DNA of 57,781 nucleotides, filler included, from Squatina squatina (Eukaryota): the NCBI GenBank assembly GCA_031763465.1. It is 3 parts of 2 records of this genome, joined end to end, with 100 filler letters (N's around TTAATTAATTAA, not from the genome) between each part and the next. Parts side by side here need not be neighbours in the genome. Positions count along the whole stretch, not along the records: positions 1 to 17,318 come from JARFOE010000046.1; positions 17,419 to 33,089 come from JARFOE010000046.1; 1 more part is not named here. One strand, given 5' to 3'. Each line of letters opens with the position of its first letter. The first letter of the stretch is position 1. Positions 12,215 to 23,350 of this stretch are shown in pieces. The notes under the pieces are model-generated. The model was not told the origin of the DNA. It searched no databases and saw nothing but the letters and a program-made list of their open reading frames with translations. Both the position numbers and the translations under genes were made by a program.

Positions 12215-12720
12215 ATAATGTGAAGTAGACACACTGAGATCCCTGAAGATGGCAGGACAGGTAGATAAGGTGGTTAAGAAGGCATATGGGGTACTTTCCT
12301 TTAGTAGCTGAGGCACAGAATACAAGAGCAGTGAGGTTATGCCAGAACTGTATAGAACACTAGTTAGGCCACAGCTAGAGTATTGCATACAGTTCTGGTC
12401 GCCACATTACAGAAAAGATGTGATTGCACTAGAGAGGATAAAGAAAAGATTTGCAAGGATGTAGCCAGGACTGGAGATTTTTAGCTATGAAGAAAGATGG
12501 GATAGGCTGGGGTTGTTTTCTTTGGAACAGAGGAGGCTGAGGGGAGACTTGACTGCAGTATATAAAATTAGAAGGGGTCTAGATAGAGTGGATAGGAAAA
12601 CCTATTTCCCTGAGCAGAGGGGTCAATAACCAGGGAGCATAGATTTGGTAGAAAGATTAGAGAGGGAGTTGAGGAGAATTTTTTTCACCCTCCTTCTGTG
12701 CTGTAAACTTTTATGATTCT
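12215..12720 (+). mobile_element. CR1-clade LINE 3' fragment
   Basis: Plus frame reads LVRPQLEYCIQFWSPHYRKDVIALE...[17 protein letters not shown], diagnostic of the CR1 ORF2 C-terminus; ends in a ttatgattct-like tail. Confidence 0.9.
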
Positions 12721-12907
12721 CTGACGGCCCAGTTAATTAATAGCGCTAACAGGAGATGGATTTCAGAAAGAACCCAGCCTTTCTTATTGTCATTAAAAAC
12801 AAGATATACAATACTAATTTTCACTAAGCATTAAATAGAATTGAGAAACTAGGAGGGACTAGTAGGGGAAGAGTCTGTAAAAGTATTTCAAGGGTAACCC
12901 ACTGTAC

Positions 12908-13105
12908 CTGTACTCCCATCAAATCCACCCACAGCGTAGAGCAAATCATTTAACACTGCTGCCCCAAGAGTACTCCGTCTCTCCTGCATACTGGCAATGG
13001 ATGTCCATTGGTCTTTAACTGCATCATACACATCAACAGTCCGGACTCTCAAGGATCCATTGAATCCCCCCACAGCATAAACACGGCCACTCATGTACAC
13101 AACAC
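12908..13105 (-). CDS. KLHL3: KLHL3-like exon, Kelch repeats 2-3 (198 bp)
   Basis: (G)VVYMSGRVYAVGGFNGSLRVRTVDVYDAVKDQWTSIASMQERRSTLGAAVLNDLLYAVGGFDGST(G); ccccag acceptor, G|gtacag donor. SIASMQERR and LNDLL are KLHL3-type rather than KLHL2-type as I recall the human proteins. Confidence 0.92.
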
Positions 13106-16100
13106 CTGGGGAGACAGAAAATAAAACAGGGCAAGTAAGCAAAGTGCTGAGTGTAAATATACTACAGTTGCATTGTGCATTCTCAAGATACTGTAATTTG
13201 TATAATGTGCTCTGTCTTTTCTGTTTGTTCAGGTGCCTGAACAGTTTTATTTATTTATTTATTTCCCCCCCACTGTGAGGGTCATACATCCAGTGTTCTT
13301 CCCAGCAGCCTCTTACCTACATTTGTACATGATACAAACTGCTGTGTTAAAGGAAGTTGATGAATAAACATACTCTGAAAACATTACTGCAAACAGTGAA
13401 TTAGAAAGCTGCATGACAAATATCCACTCCGGACTCCTGCTGGTGCTAAATCACAACAAAATCAAGGCTGCATCCAACTCAGTAATTACACACATCCATC
13501 CACTTGTATAATACTCAGAAGCATAATAAACAGTGCCTTATATTTAGGAACAATATACTTCTCATTAGTAAAGACAGAACGTACATTAGTACAAATCTGC
13601 AATTCTACACTGCTGTTGTCACATGTCCTCTTTGGAACAGTGTTACAATGTGCCAGGTACTTTCATGATCTTACTTTGCTTTTTATTCACAGACAAGAGG
13701 CAGCAAAGGACTGCATTCAAACTTAACTGAAAATGAACAAAAACAAACCTGTGGTTCCCAATCTGGCTTTAAGATATACCAAATGTATGGCAACCAACGG
13801 TGGAACGCTTCACCGTCATGGATCATGTGACCCACAAGATGAAAGACTGGCTTGTTTTATGAAGCAGTCGTTAGCGATATGATTTAAATCAGTTACAGCC
13901 TGATCTAAAAACTACGAGATGCACAGTCTATGTACNNNNNNNNNNNNNNNNNNNNNNNNNNNNNNNNNNNNNNNNNNNNNNNNNNNNNNNNNNNNNNNNN
14001 NNNNNNNNNNNNNNNNNNNNNNNNNNNNNNNNNNNGGAACCTCGCTAATGGATTGACTTGCCCTGCTAGTTGATTTTAATATACTGTGGAACAATAATTG
14101 AGTTTCCTGTAAGTATATCGCAGAAAATGGTCTACACTACAAATTTTGGATACTTTTTGCTGCAAGTACAAAAGAAGTGTAGATTTAAGTTATATCTGTT
14201 TAAAAACAATGTGTTTGTAAAAATCTGAAAATGGGTCCGCTTACCGACACTTTCTTTGTCTTATTTATTAGAACTGGCTGCAAATTCAACATCTATTTAC
14301 TGGCTAGTAATATATACTAGCCATAGAAGTTCCCAGTAATCAATTGCATATTAATTCTTGATAAATCTGTAGTAATAAACTCTCACTGATCAATGCTGCA
14401 ATATGAAAGAATGACAGGTAGCACAAGAATAGGTATAAACCAAATTATTAAAATCAAAATAGCCTGTAGTCAAGTGTAATTTCAGGGCAGTACTCAATCT
14501 CTTGTAAACTGCTCAAGCACTGCAACCATAATTTATAGAAACAATATTATCTGACAACATTGTTAAGCAGTTCTGTCATTAGGATTTCAGTAAATTGTAA
14601 TAATGGGTGTGAATGTTTTATCCACATAAACGGTGAAAAACATCTGGCAGTACAATTACAGATTTAAATCTTCTACCTGGAGAGAGCTGTGTAAAAAATA
14701 GGATGAAGTAAGATACATTACCTATCTTGTAGGTCTTCATTTTTCAAATAATATTGATCCTGCACACACCATAGGAGTATAGCCTCGAAACCATCTGATC
14801 AGCATGTACATAATTATATCACCATGATGTTTCAGATAGGTGGTGCAGCAGATTTTGTCCTACTCTTATTACATATAATACCTCATGATCTTCATTGCTG
14901 TACCAAAGCTAAACAGATTCCGAAGATACTTCAGGATATACAAGACAGGATTCAACAGAACGTCACTGCACCNNNNNNNNNNNNNNNNNNNNNNNNNNNN
15001 NNNNNNNNNNNNNNNNNNNNNNNNNNNNNNNNNNNNNNNNNNNNNNNNNNNNNNNNNNNNNNNNNNNNNNNNGAATGGCCTACTCCTGCTCCTACTTCTT
15101 ATGTTCTTATTCTGGCTGAGATTACCTAACTCAGTCCAAACTCAGGATCCTTCTGGTTTGTATAGCTCAATACTATACTGGGCTACACCATTACACAGCA
15201 AGACAGGACAGAACTTTGTTGTTCCTCTTTTTTAAAAAACAATTAGAAATAAATATCACTGCAGCATATGAAACAGCAAAATCAATTCACCAAGTTGGAC
15301 AGCAGCATGTGCACGGAGAATGCTGCTTAACCCACAAACAACATTCTATTTCTTATTTTCTCCCCTTGTTCTGCTGATTTTCTACTCTTCTCATCTGAAA
15401 GTTTTAACTCTTACTGGGTTACCACTACAACCGCCCTATACAGCTCAATGCCGTAGTTACCAATCATCTGTGTTTTGCGCAGAGTATTAGTGTTTCCGGC
15501 ATCGGCTCATATTGCTCATGCAGGGCTTCATTTTAGATGCATTGTACATCATCTTTCTTGTGCATGAGAAGAAAGAACTCTCAATTCATTGTGAAGTGAG
15601 TTCTTTGGTCCATGGGGCCACCTGAGCAAATGCAGGCTCAAAACAATAGTGGTTATGATTATCTCCCCATTATAGATTTCCTTTCCTCCTTCCACCTCAC
15701 TCAACTGAACAATTTTCTGTACAGCCCATCTGAGATTCATTCACGGGCATGAACTAATGTCATACAATTCTCCACTGCAGTACATTGGCAATGTCACACA
15801 ATATACCATATCACCATCTGATTTTTCAGCTTTTAATAGGATACATCACTAAATCAAACAACGGTAATGAAGGACTGAATAGCATAATCATTTGGAATGA
15901 CAGACTCCTCATCCTGGAACATAGGTTTGAACATATAGAACACAGATCTTGTGTTGAAAATGTACGTGTCTCAAGTGACATGCGTTCAGGCCATCTTCCA
16001 GAGGAAAGGAACCACAGCTCAAAACTACTCCTGCTATTAAGTGAGCCAGTGAAATTCAAGGTGAGGCTATTTTCTCATTTACTGAGTTGCTTCTGCTGAT

Positions 16101-16511
16101 GAGAGTTTTCTTCAAATTTGGATTCATTTTTTAGTCAAACATATTTAAATTAAATTTCTTCTTAAAACAGTCCTTCTACCCGTCCCTAAAAATAGTCCTG
16201 CAAAAACAAAAAAAAAATCAAAATTCCAGTTTGTTTTTATTATTCCAGTGTCCAAGCTTTTACTTTTTTCCCTTTCAGAAACATGTTGCCATGGAGAAAG
16301 CTTTCACATGTCCAGCAACGTTCTTCAGAGGCCAAAATGACTAATCTTCCCAGATTTCTCAAATACAGCCTGTACTCTGAAACTTGTTCTGAAGTACATT
16401 TGGCATTATGTAAACTCCTGCACAAATATAAAATATATACATAATTCCCTGAAAGTGACAGTACAGGTAGATAAAGTCACAAAAAAGTCCATTAGAATTT
16501 TTGTTTTATAA

Positions 16512-16866
16512 ACAGAAATTGCATTTATATAGCACCTTTCACCACCTCAGGACATTCCAAAGCACTTTATAGCCAATTAAGTACTTTTGAAGTGTAGTCA
16601 CTGTTGTAATAGAGTGAAACGCAGCAGCCAATTTACACACAGCAAGATCCCACAAACAGCATTATTATCAGATAATCTGCTTTAATTATGTTGTTTAATT
16701 ATGTGACAAACATTGACCAGGATTCCCCTTCTCTTCTTCAGATAGTGCCAAGGGATCTTCTACTTCCACCAAAGTGGGCAGATGGGGCTTCAGTTTAATG
16801 TTTCATCTGAAAGGTGACACCACCGACAGCACAGCACTCTCAGTACTGCACTGAAGTATCAGCCTT
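16512..16866 (-). mobile_element. DeuSINE-like SINE (SacSINE1-type)
   Basis: Reverse complement of the Deu-domain core (gtcggtggtgtcacctttcagatgaaacattaaac...gaagaagagaagggg) plus the ...gctatataaatgcaa tail. Confidence 0.75.
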
Positions 16867-17318
16867 CAGGCAAATGGGGAATTAGGGTTACTGCACTGGT
16901 ATCCTTGCTCTGCACTTCTGTGACTGGAATTCAAAAGCTTCTAAAAACTGTACTGAGGCCGATACTACCGGCGACAAGACTGGCGCTTTCAGAGAACTTG
17001 GCACCGTCATTCAGGATATGACAGTAATATTGCTGATCTAGGAATGTGGTGCCAGCCAAGCCAATCAAGCTTTTTGTCTTCCAGGGATGACTCGAGTTGA
17101 ATGTAAACAACTTCCAGACCAATCGCTTAAAATGTCAATCCAGGGAGAAGTTGAGAGTTGGAATCAGTGCCTGACGTTATGGTCTGTAAAGTATTGCTTT
17201 AAAGTTGAGCAAGATTAACTTACTAGTCCAATCATACTAATCTGAAATGCACATTATCCTTTTAAATACTTAGTACCGAAATTCAGTAAAATCTCAGCAA
17301 TCAGACCCCATTTTAGGA

Positions 17319-17418
17319 NNNNNNNNNNNNNNNNNNNNNNNNNNNNNNNNNNNNNNNNNNNNTTAATTAATTAANNNNNNNNNNNNNNNNNNNNNNNNNN
17401 NNNNNNNNNNNNNNNNNN
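17319..17418. other. Artificial scaffold-joining spacer
   Basis: 44 N + TTAATTAATTAA (17363-17374; stops in all six frames) + 44 N; identical to 33090-33189. Confidence 0.97.
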
Positions 17419-17532
17419 GGACGAGTAATGCTGGGGGTGGGGGGGCGTTCTGATTTAGTGTTAGATGTTGAATATAAAGTAGAAGTTGCTGTAAATCCAG
17501 TTGGCTTTGATTCTCTTTTGCTGTGATTTCAG

Positions 17533-18257
17533 CTTGCTCGACGGAGATAAACCACTGTATAAGGGCCCGGACTGCAGCTATGTTGTAACAGATGTAAAAC
17601 TGTGCAAAGAATACTCTTTCAAGCTCCATGTTGCCACCGAGGGAGATGACGGGCCCTACAGCGACGTTGCCACGGTGACCGTCGAAGAGTCTCTGCCAAG
17701 TTGCCCACTTGATTTTCGAGTGATAGGCCGCACTCCAACGCAGCTGAAGCTGGCATGGGCCCCACCAGCGGAACCCAAGGGTGTCATTAAATGCTACACG
17801 GTGTACAGAGGCGGCACGGTGATCGAATCAACTTCCGAATGCAGCTGCATAGTCANNNNNNNNNNATAGTCAGTGGCCTGGCGCCGTCCAAATCCTACGG
17901 GTTCCACGTGTGCGCCTGCACGAGCAAAGGAAAGGGCGAGAAGTCCTCCCTCTCGGCGCGCACGGCTGACCCCGGCGACCACGCTCCCAGCAAGCTGACC
18001 CTCAACGTCCTGGGGCGCAATGAGATGTTCATCACCTGGGACATGCCGCAGGTGCCCCTGGGACGCCTGTTCAACTTTGAGCTGTGCATGAATGGGAAGA
18101 CGGTGTACCTGGGACCAGACCGCTCTTTCACAGCAAGACGCCTGACTGCGAACACGGAGTATGCCTGCACTGTGAGTGCCATCACGAGCAAAGGGAAATG
18201 CGAAAGCAAGCTGGTAATGAAGAAGACGGCCAAGGATGAGTACGAAAATACAACCAG
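17533..18257 (+). CDS. Internal exon encoding about 2.6 fibronectin type III repeats (usherin-like, unnamed gene)
   Basis: Acceptor gatttcag|c, donor AG|gtacat. ORFs 17501 and 17791 join in frame once the 10-N gap and the duplicated ATAGTCA (17849-17855 = 17866-17872) are collapsed, giving 708 bp (236 codons), phase 2-2, with no stops. FN3 hallmarks: LKLAWAPPAEPKGVIKCY, VSGLAPSKSYGFHVCACT, FITWDMP, RLTANTEYACTVSA. Confidence 0.88.
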
Positions 18258-18299
18258 GTACATTATCATTTATTGCACCAGTCCATTTTGGAAAAGGTT

Positions 18300-18726
18300 A
18301 GCACAGGTGTGAACACCACGGAGGGCGAGGTCGTACATGGGTTCTGCTGCAGAGAACTCAGTTGAGGACTACGATGAGGCAGCCTATAAAAGAACACTGA
18401 TGGGTATGCTCAACGAAATGCTTGGTGCAGTGGCAGGCTTGACAGAAAGCCTGAGGGCAATGTCACGGAGCATGAAGGAGTCCAGCACCATCCTTGCACA
18501 GGGCTTTGGGCAGAACCTGGAGCCTGTGATTTCCAGTGTGGAACGAGTGGGCAAATACATTAGCGCACTTGTGGACCCAACCAGGATGAAGCATGTGATG
18601 GCTGATGTCTCAGCTTCTATTGGAGCACAAGACAAGCCACCCTGCATCTAAGGGCTGCAGTGGAAGCTCAGCTTGCTGCCATCATGGCTGAGTTTACCAG
18701 TATTTTAAGGGGCTTGCAGGGTGTCA
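18300..18726 (+). mobile_element. Probable transposon-derived coiled-coil coding remnant (Harbinger accessory-protein-like)
   Basis: Helical Met/Leu/Ser-rich ORF 18337-18651 continues with disruption into 18660-18726. It starts just inside the FN3 gene intron and has no splice signals. Family assignment is from recall of shark repeats only. Confidence 0.4.
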
Positions 18727-19356
18727 NNNNNNNNNNNNNNNNNNNNNNNNNNNNNNNNNNNNNNNNNNNNNNNNNNNNNNNNNNNNNNNNNNNNNNNNNN
18801 NNNNNNNNNNNNNNNNNNNNNNNNNNAATTCCATTTACACATTTCAGTACAAAAGATTGAGAAAGATGATTAAATGTGACAGCTGTAGAATAATTAACTT
18901 GCATTTGATCTGGGTAATCAAATGGACGTGCAGGGACCAGAGGAGCCTATTTGCATACATGATTTGCAATTGATGGCAGTGAAGTTAAAATGCAATATTT
19001 TGATACCGTATATTCGGTTTGCACTGTGTAAATCTTTACGAAGGGTTTGCTCCTGATTTATCTGTTTGGTTATTAACGAGCTATTTTTGTCATCGATTTT
19101 TGGTTTGCACTCATTCATAAGTCACTAATTTGACAAGTATGGTATTGACAGCTGTGCACTTTTGGGCCTGTCCCACTTGCCAATGGATAATGAGGCTGCA
19201 TTATCACAAGCGCAACCGCTACGTATCCGCTGTTCCTGTGTCCCGCCAAGTTAATTGCTTCATGCAATGACACAGAATCTGTTCCATCTCTGAAGGGTAT
19301 TGTGGAGCTATGAACAGCCTGAACTAACAAAGTCTCTGTGATTTAGCTTCACTCTA

Positions 19357-19624
19357 TTCGGGTGGACGTTAAACCGAGGCCTCCGTCTGCTCTCGCAGGT
19401 GGACGTAAAAGATTTCATGGCACTATTTCGAAGAAGAGCAGGGGAATTCACCCCGATGTCCTGGGCCAATATTTATCCCTCAATCAACATCACAAAAACA
19501 AATGACCTGGTCATCATTATTGTTTGTGGGAGCTAGCTGTGCACAAATTGGCTGCTGCATTAACTACACTTCGAAAAGTACTTTGGGACATGTTGACACT
19601 ATACAAATACAGGTTCTTTCTTTC
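19357..19624 (+). mobile_element. DeuSINE-like SINE
   Basis: gacgttaaaccgaggcctccgtctgctctcgcaggtggacgtaaaagatttcatggcactatttcgaagaagagcagggg matches the Deu-domain core shared by AmnSINE1/SacSINE1. Confidence 0.8.
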
Positions 19625-21399
19625 CTGGGCTGGAGATCTCAGTAACACACGAGGTGGTATTTTTGTTCACTCTGACAGTGGAGGACATGTTTTCCCTTCA
19701 TAAATATTTTTACGTTAATGTTTCAAAGAGGATGCTTGGAATTATGGATGAGCAATAAATGTTGTGAGATATAGTCAGCTTATTAATAGTACTGGAACTT
19801 TGCCTCCCAATTACAAAATTATTTCCGTGCATCATGACTCTATCCTCCTGTGAATCATATGACAATATCATTCAGTAGTGGTGACATTGCAAACGCCTCG
19901 CTCAGCCCCTTATCACCGTAATTTCAACATTGTTATCAACACTCTTCATTTTAATGGGGCCATTATATACATGATAAAGAGAATGGAAGGAAGGAAGTGA
20001 GTAAAAGGCTATAATTAAGCCTTAGGGTCTGTTAACGTTGATAAGCCATCCTAGGTTCCCTGTCATGGTTTGCAATGCCATCTGGACCTCTCAATTAAAT
20101 TATATCATATCCTCCTTGTTTGCTTCCTGCTAACCATGATTCTGACTGCTGCAGATGATTCTCGTTTGCCCAACAGCGCTACTATTACAGGTTGTAGCCA
20201 AACGTAAGAGTTACTTCTTGCCATTGACCCTTGATGTGACAACACAATTCTGACAAAGAGCCCCAAAGAAGGAAATGACTGAAAATATCAAGGTAAGAAG
20301 TGAACAGTAATTAAAGTGTCCGTTTTTCTGTGAATTCTCAATTAACCAATTGCCAAATTTGTTCGAAATGATTTTTTTTTTTGCTGACATAAATGAACTT
20401 TTAACAGGTTTAGAACAGATTTATAAGCAGAGCTCCCATCCGGCTGTTAATTTACACAAATCTCCGACTTCGAAACTCGGTAGAGAAGGTAACATAACAG
20501 GAAACAGCTGCAACAACTGGGACAAGGGCAGATGTTCCACATGCGGTTGTTGCTGACAGCACAGAAAGAGGAGAGAGGTTGTANNNNNNNNNNCATCTTA
20601 ATTACTAACTACTGAAACTGCACAGATGGGTTTTAATATTTCAACCTCCTCCCCAAAACAAAACCTTAAAACGATGTGTTGGGTTGATACTGTGTGGTGT
20701 CTAAAATACCGGAGGAGTTATCATTTTTACTTTTATCAAAGCTGGTCAAAAACATATACAAAATACCATGACATTGGGTTCTCCAAATGAGCATTAAGAC
20801 TATCCGGGAAAATCCTTGGGCACTGAAGNNNNNNNNNNNNNNNNNNNNNNNNNNNNNNNNNNNNNNNNNNNNNNNNNNNNNNNNNNNNNNNNNNNNNNNN
20901 NNNNNNNNNNNNNNNNNNNNNNNNNNNNGTTCATTTCAAGGACAGAATCCTGTAAGTTGTTGAGAATGAGTGGAAAAATTACAGCCACCCCACATTCACC
21001 CTCATTCATTTGTGACTAATGGCTTTCTTAATGATTCCAATTTGTTTCACAGAGTGAGCAAGCACAGCGGCAACTAATGTCCTAAACCTCATTAGCATGA
21101 AGTATGCGAGATTATTTGAATAAAAAAGTAATAACCAAGAAACACTTGAACTGATCCACATACACATTTGAATAAAAGGGCCATCAGTATCAGCAGAGGG
21201 ACAAACATTACTTGTCTTCCTATTTACCTTCTGGGACAAAACTTTACCCCATTCTCAAAGGTGAGCGTTGAGCTGAACTGAGAACTTCAGGTGACCAAGG
21301 CCGGGTCAGATTTGGGTAATTCTTGTAGTATCTCAGTTGGCCCTAATTTAGAAGCACTTAGGTTTGGGCCTACCTGTGTTGGGTATGTCTTTTTCGTAC

Positions 21400-21512
21400 A
21401 TTTTTCCTACATTACAACAGTGACTAGATTTCAAGGGTACTTAATTAGTTGTAAAGCGCTTTGGGACATCCTGAGGTTGTGAAAGGCGCTATATAAATGC
21501 AATTTCTTTCTT
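21400..21512 (+). mobile_element. DeuSINE-like 3' tail
   Basis: cctacattacaacagtgact...gtaaagcgctttgggacatcctgaggttgtgaaaggcgctatataaatgcaa. Confidence 0.75.
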
Positions 21513-23171
21513 TACGTTACCTGTTTTTTGACAAACGAGATGGTAAAGTATACTTTTAGACCATGCAAGCATTGAAGTCTTGCTAAAAATGTCTTCGCCA
21601 TGGAAATATGAACTGCTTTTTTTAAATGCATGGGTGAAATCTGTACCCTCAAGTTTCCCTATGTCTGTGGTTGTGTCATGCTAACAAGTCTCATCATTAG
21701 TTCTGAAAGGGTTTGAAGGTTTTCAGAATAGTATAGACACAGATGATCAAATGCTTAATGGAACATAGAGACTCCATTTCAGTCGGGACCATGGGAATGG
21801 CATCTGTGGTATGTAGTGAAGGTTGAATAATAGACTGATATTCCTTGCGCTGGACTTATTAAAGCTGCTGCTGGCTGCAGCCCTGACACCGGAGGTAGTG
21901 CTGTAATGTAGATNNNNNNNNNNNNNNNNNNNNNNNNNNNNNNNNNNNNNNNNNNNNNNNNNNNNNNNNNNNNNNNNNNNNNNNNNNNNNNNNNNNNNNN
22001 NNNNNNNNNNNNNAGACATAGCGCATAGATATCCAGTCTTGCCATAAATAGCGTTACTTACGACCGGTCAGTAACCTGAAATCGAAGGAGACTGATGCAA
22101 TCTTAAGATCCGATTTTCTGTTTTTTTCTCTTTGTTGTACAAGAGCTTCATGCGTCAATGTACCTAAACAATCTTCAGTAATTAGAATATGAATCCAGAT
22201 GCTCCTGTTGACAAATTGGTGTCTGCTACAAAAGATGTATCCTTTAATATAACCTTAGTGTGTTTGAGTTCTGTTTTCAAATATCTCTAACGTTCACTCA
22301 ATCAGAAATTCTTCTAATTGAAGAAGGTGGGACAATCACTCAGCTCAGTCAGTCTCTGGTGCCTGCAGGGGTTTATGAATTGAGCACTGCACACAAGTTC
22401 CCTTATTTTCAGGAAAACAATTAAGCTGCTGATTGTGCTTTGAATAATATCGGCTTCAAATACTTAGGCTGCAGCCATAAATAATACAAATCATTGTAGA
22501 CATTTACATTCCTACGATAAGAGAAAATAGTAGCATTGATAGATCAGCACAAGAAAGGGTGACTTGCAGGGGTGGAAATAACTTTATTTTTATTTGCAGT
22601 CAGTCTGACGGTTGGAGCCTGAATTTGGTTCCGTCACTTGACTTGCTGATTGCCTCCGAGTCTGCCGGGTCCGCATGCAGTAGTTTGTGTGCAGCTGCGC
22701 TCTAGAGATCCAGGGCCGAGTTGGTTTGCAGAGGCCCCTAGTTTCCACAGATCACGCTCAATCTATATTAACATGCATCCCACCCTGCCCAGATACCCAA
22801 GGGAAAGTTCGACAAGCAGAACTCTTATATAGTCACTCAACCTCAACATCCCACCCATTGAGTGCTGGCCTACACAGACTCAATCTCCTCCCAACCCACC
22901 ACCTCACTGCTGCCATTCCTGCAACATAGTAACTATTGGCCCTGAAATGGCGATCTCCCCGGGTGGGAATGATGTTCCCACACACCCGGGGAGGCATCGC
23001 AAAAGCCGGTTAAGGGGCTACACATTGTAAGCCCGCATAACAGGCATTTGCAATCGTTCCAGAAACTTCTCNNNNNNNNNNNNNNNNNNNNNNNNNNNNN
23101 NNNNNNNNNNNNNNNNNNNNNNNNNNNNNNNNNNNNNNNNNNNNNNNNNNNNNNNNNNNNNNNNNNNNNNN

Positions 23172-23350
23172 ACAAAATGCATTACCTGGTCATTATCACA
23201 TCGCTTGTTGTGGGAGCTTGCTGTGTGTAAATTGGCTGCCACGCTTCCTACATTATAACAGTGACTGCACTTCAAAAAGTACTTCATTGGCTGTAAAGCG
23301 CTTTGGAACGTCCTGAGGTTGTGAAAAGGTGCTATATAAATGCAAATCTT
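23172..23350 (+). mobile_element. DeuSINE-like 3' half
   Basis: Same 3' sequence and tail as 19357-19624 and 21400-21512. Confidence 0.75.

Noticed and set aside
17363-17374. TTAATTAATTAA as a homeodomain site or piggyBac target (also 33134-33145)
   Set aside because: Centred exactly in 44+44 N twice, so it is a synthetic linker.
17849-17872. Frameshift, pseudogene or programmed recoding in the FN3 exon
   Set aside because: Explained by a 7-bp contig overlap around a 10-N gap; collapsing it restores the frame.
18337-18651. Independent 104-aa host gene
   Set aside because: No promoter or splice context, and similar coding character continues past the stop with disruption; more consistent with a decayed transposon ORF.
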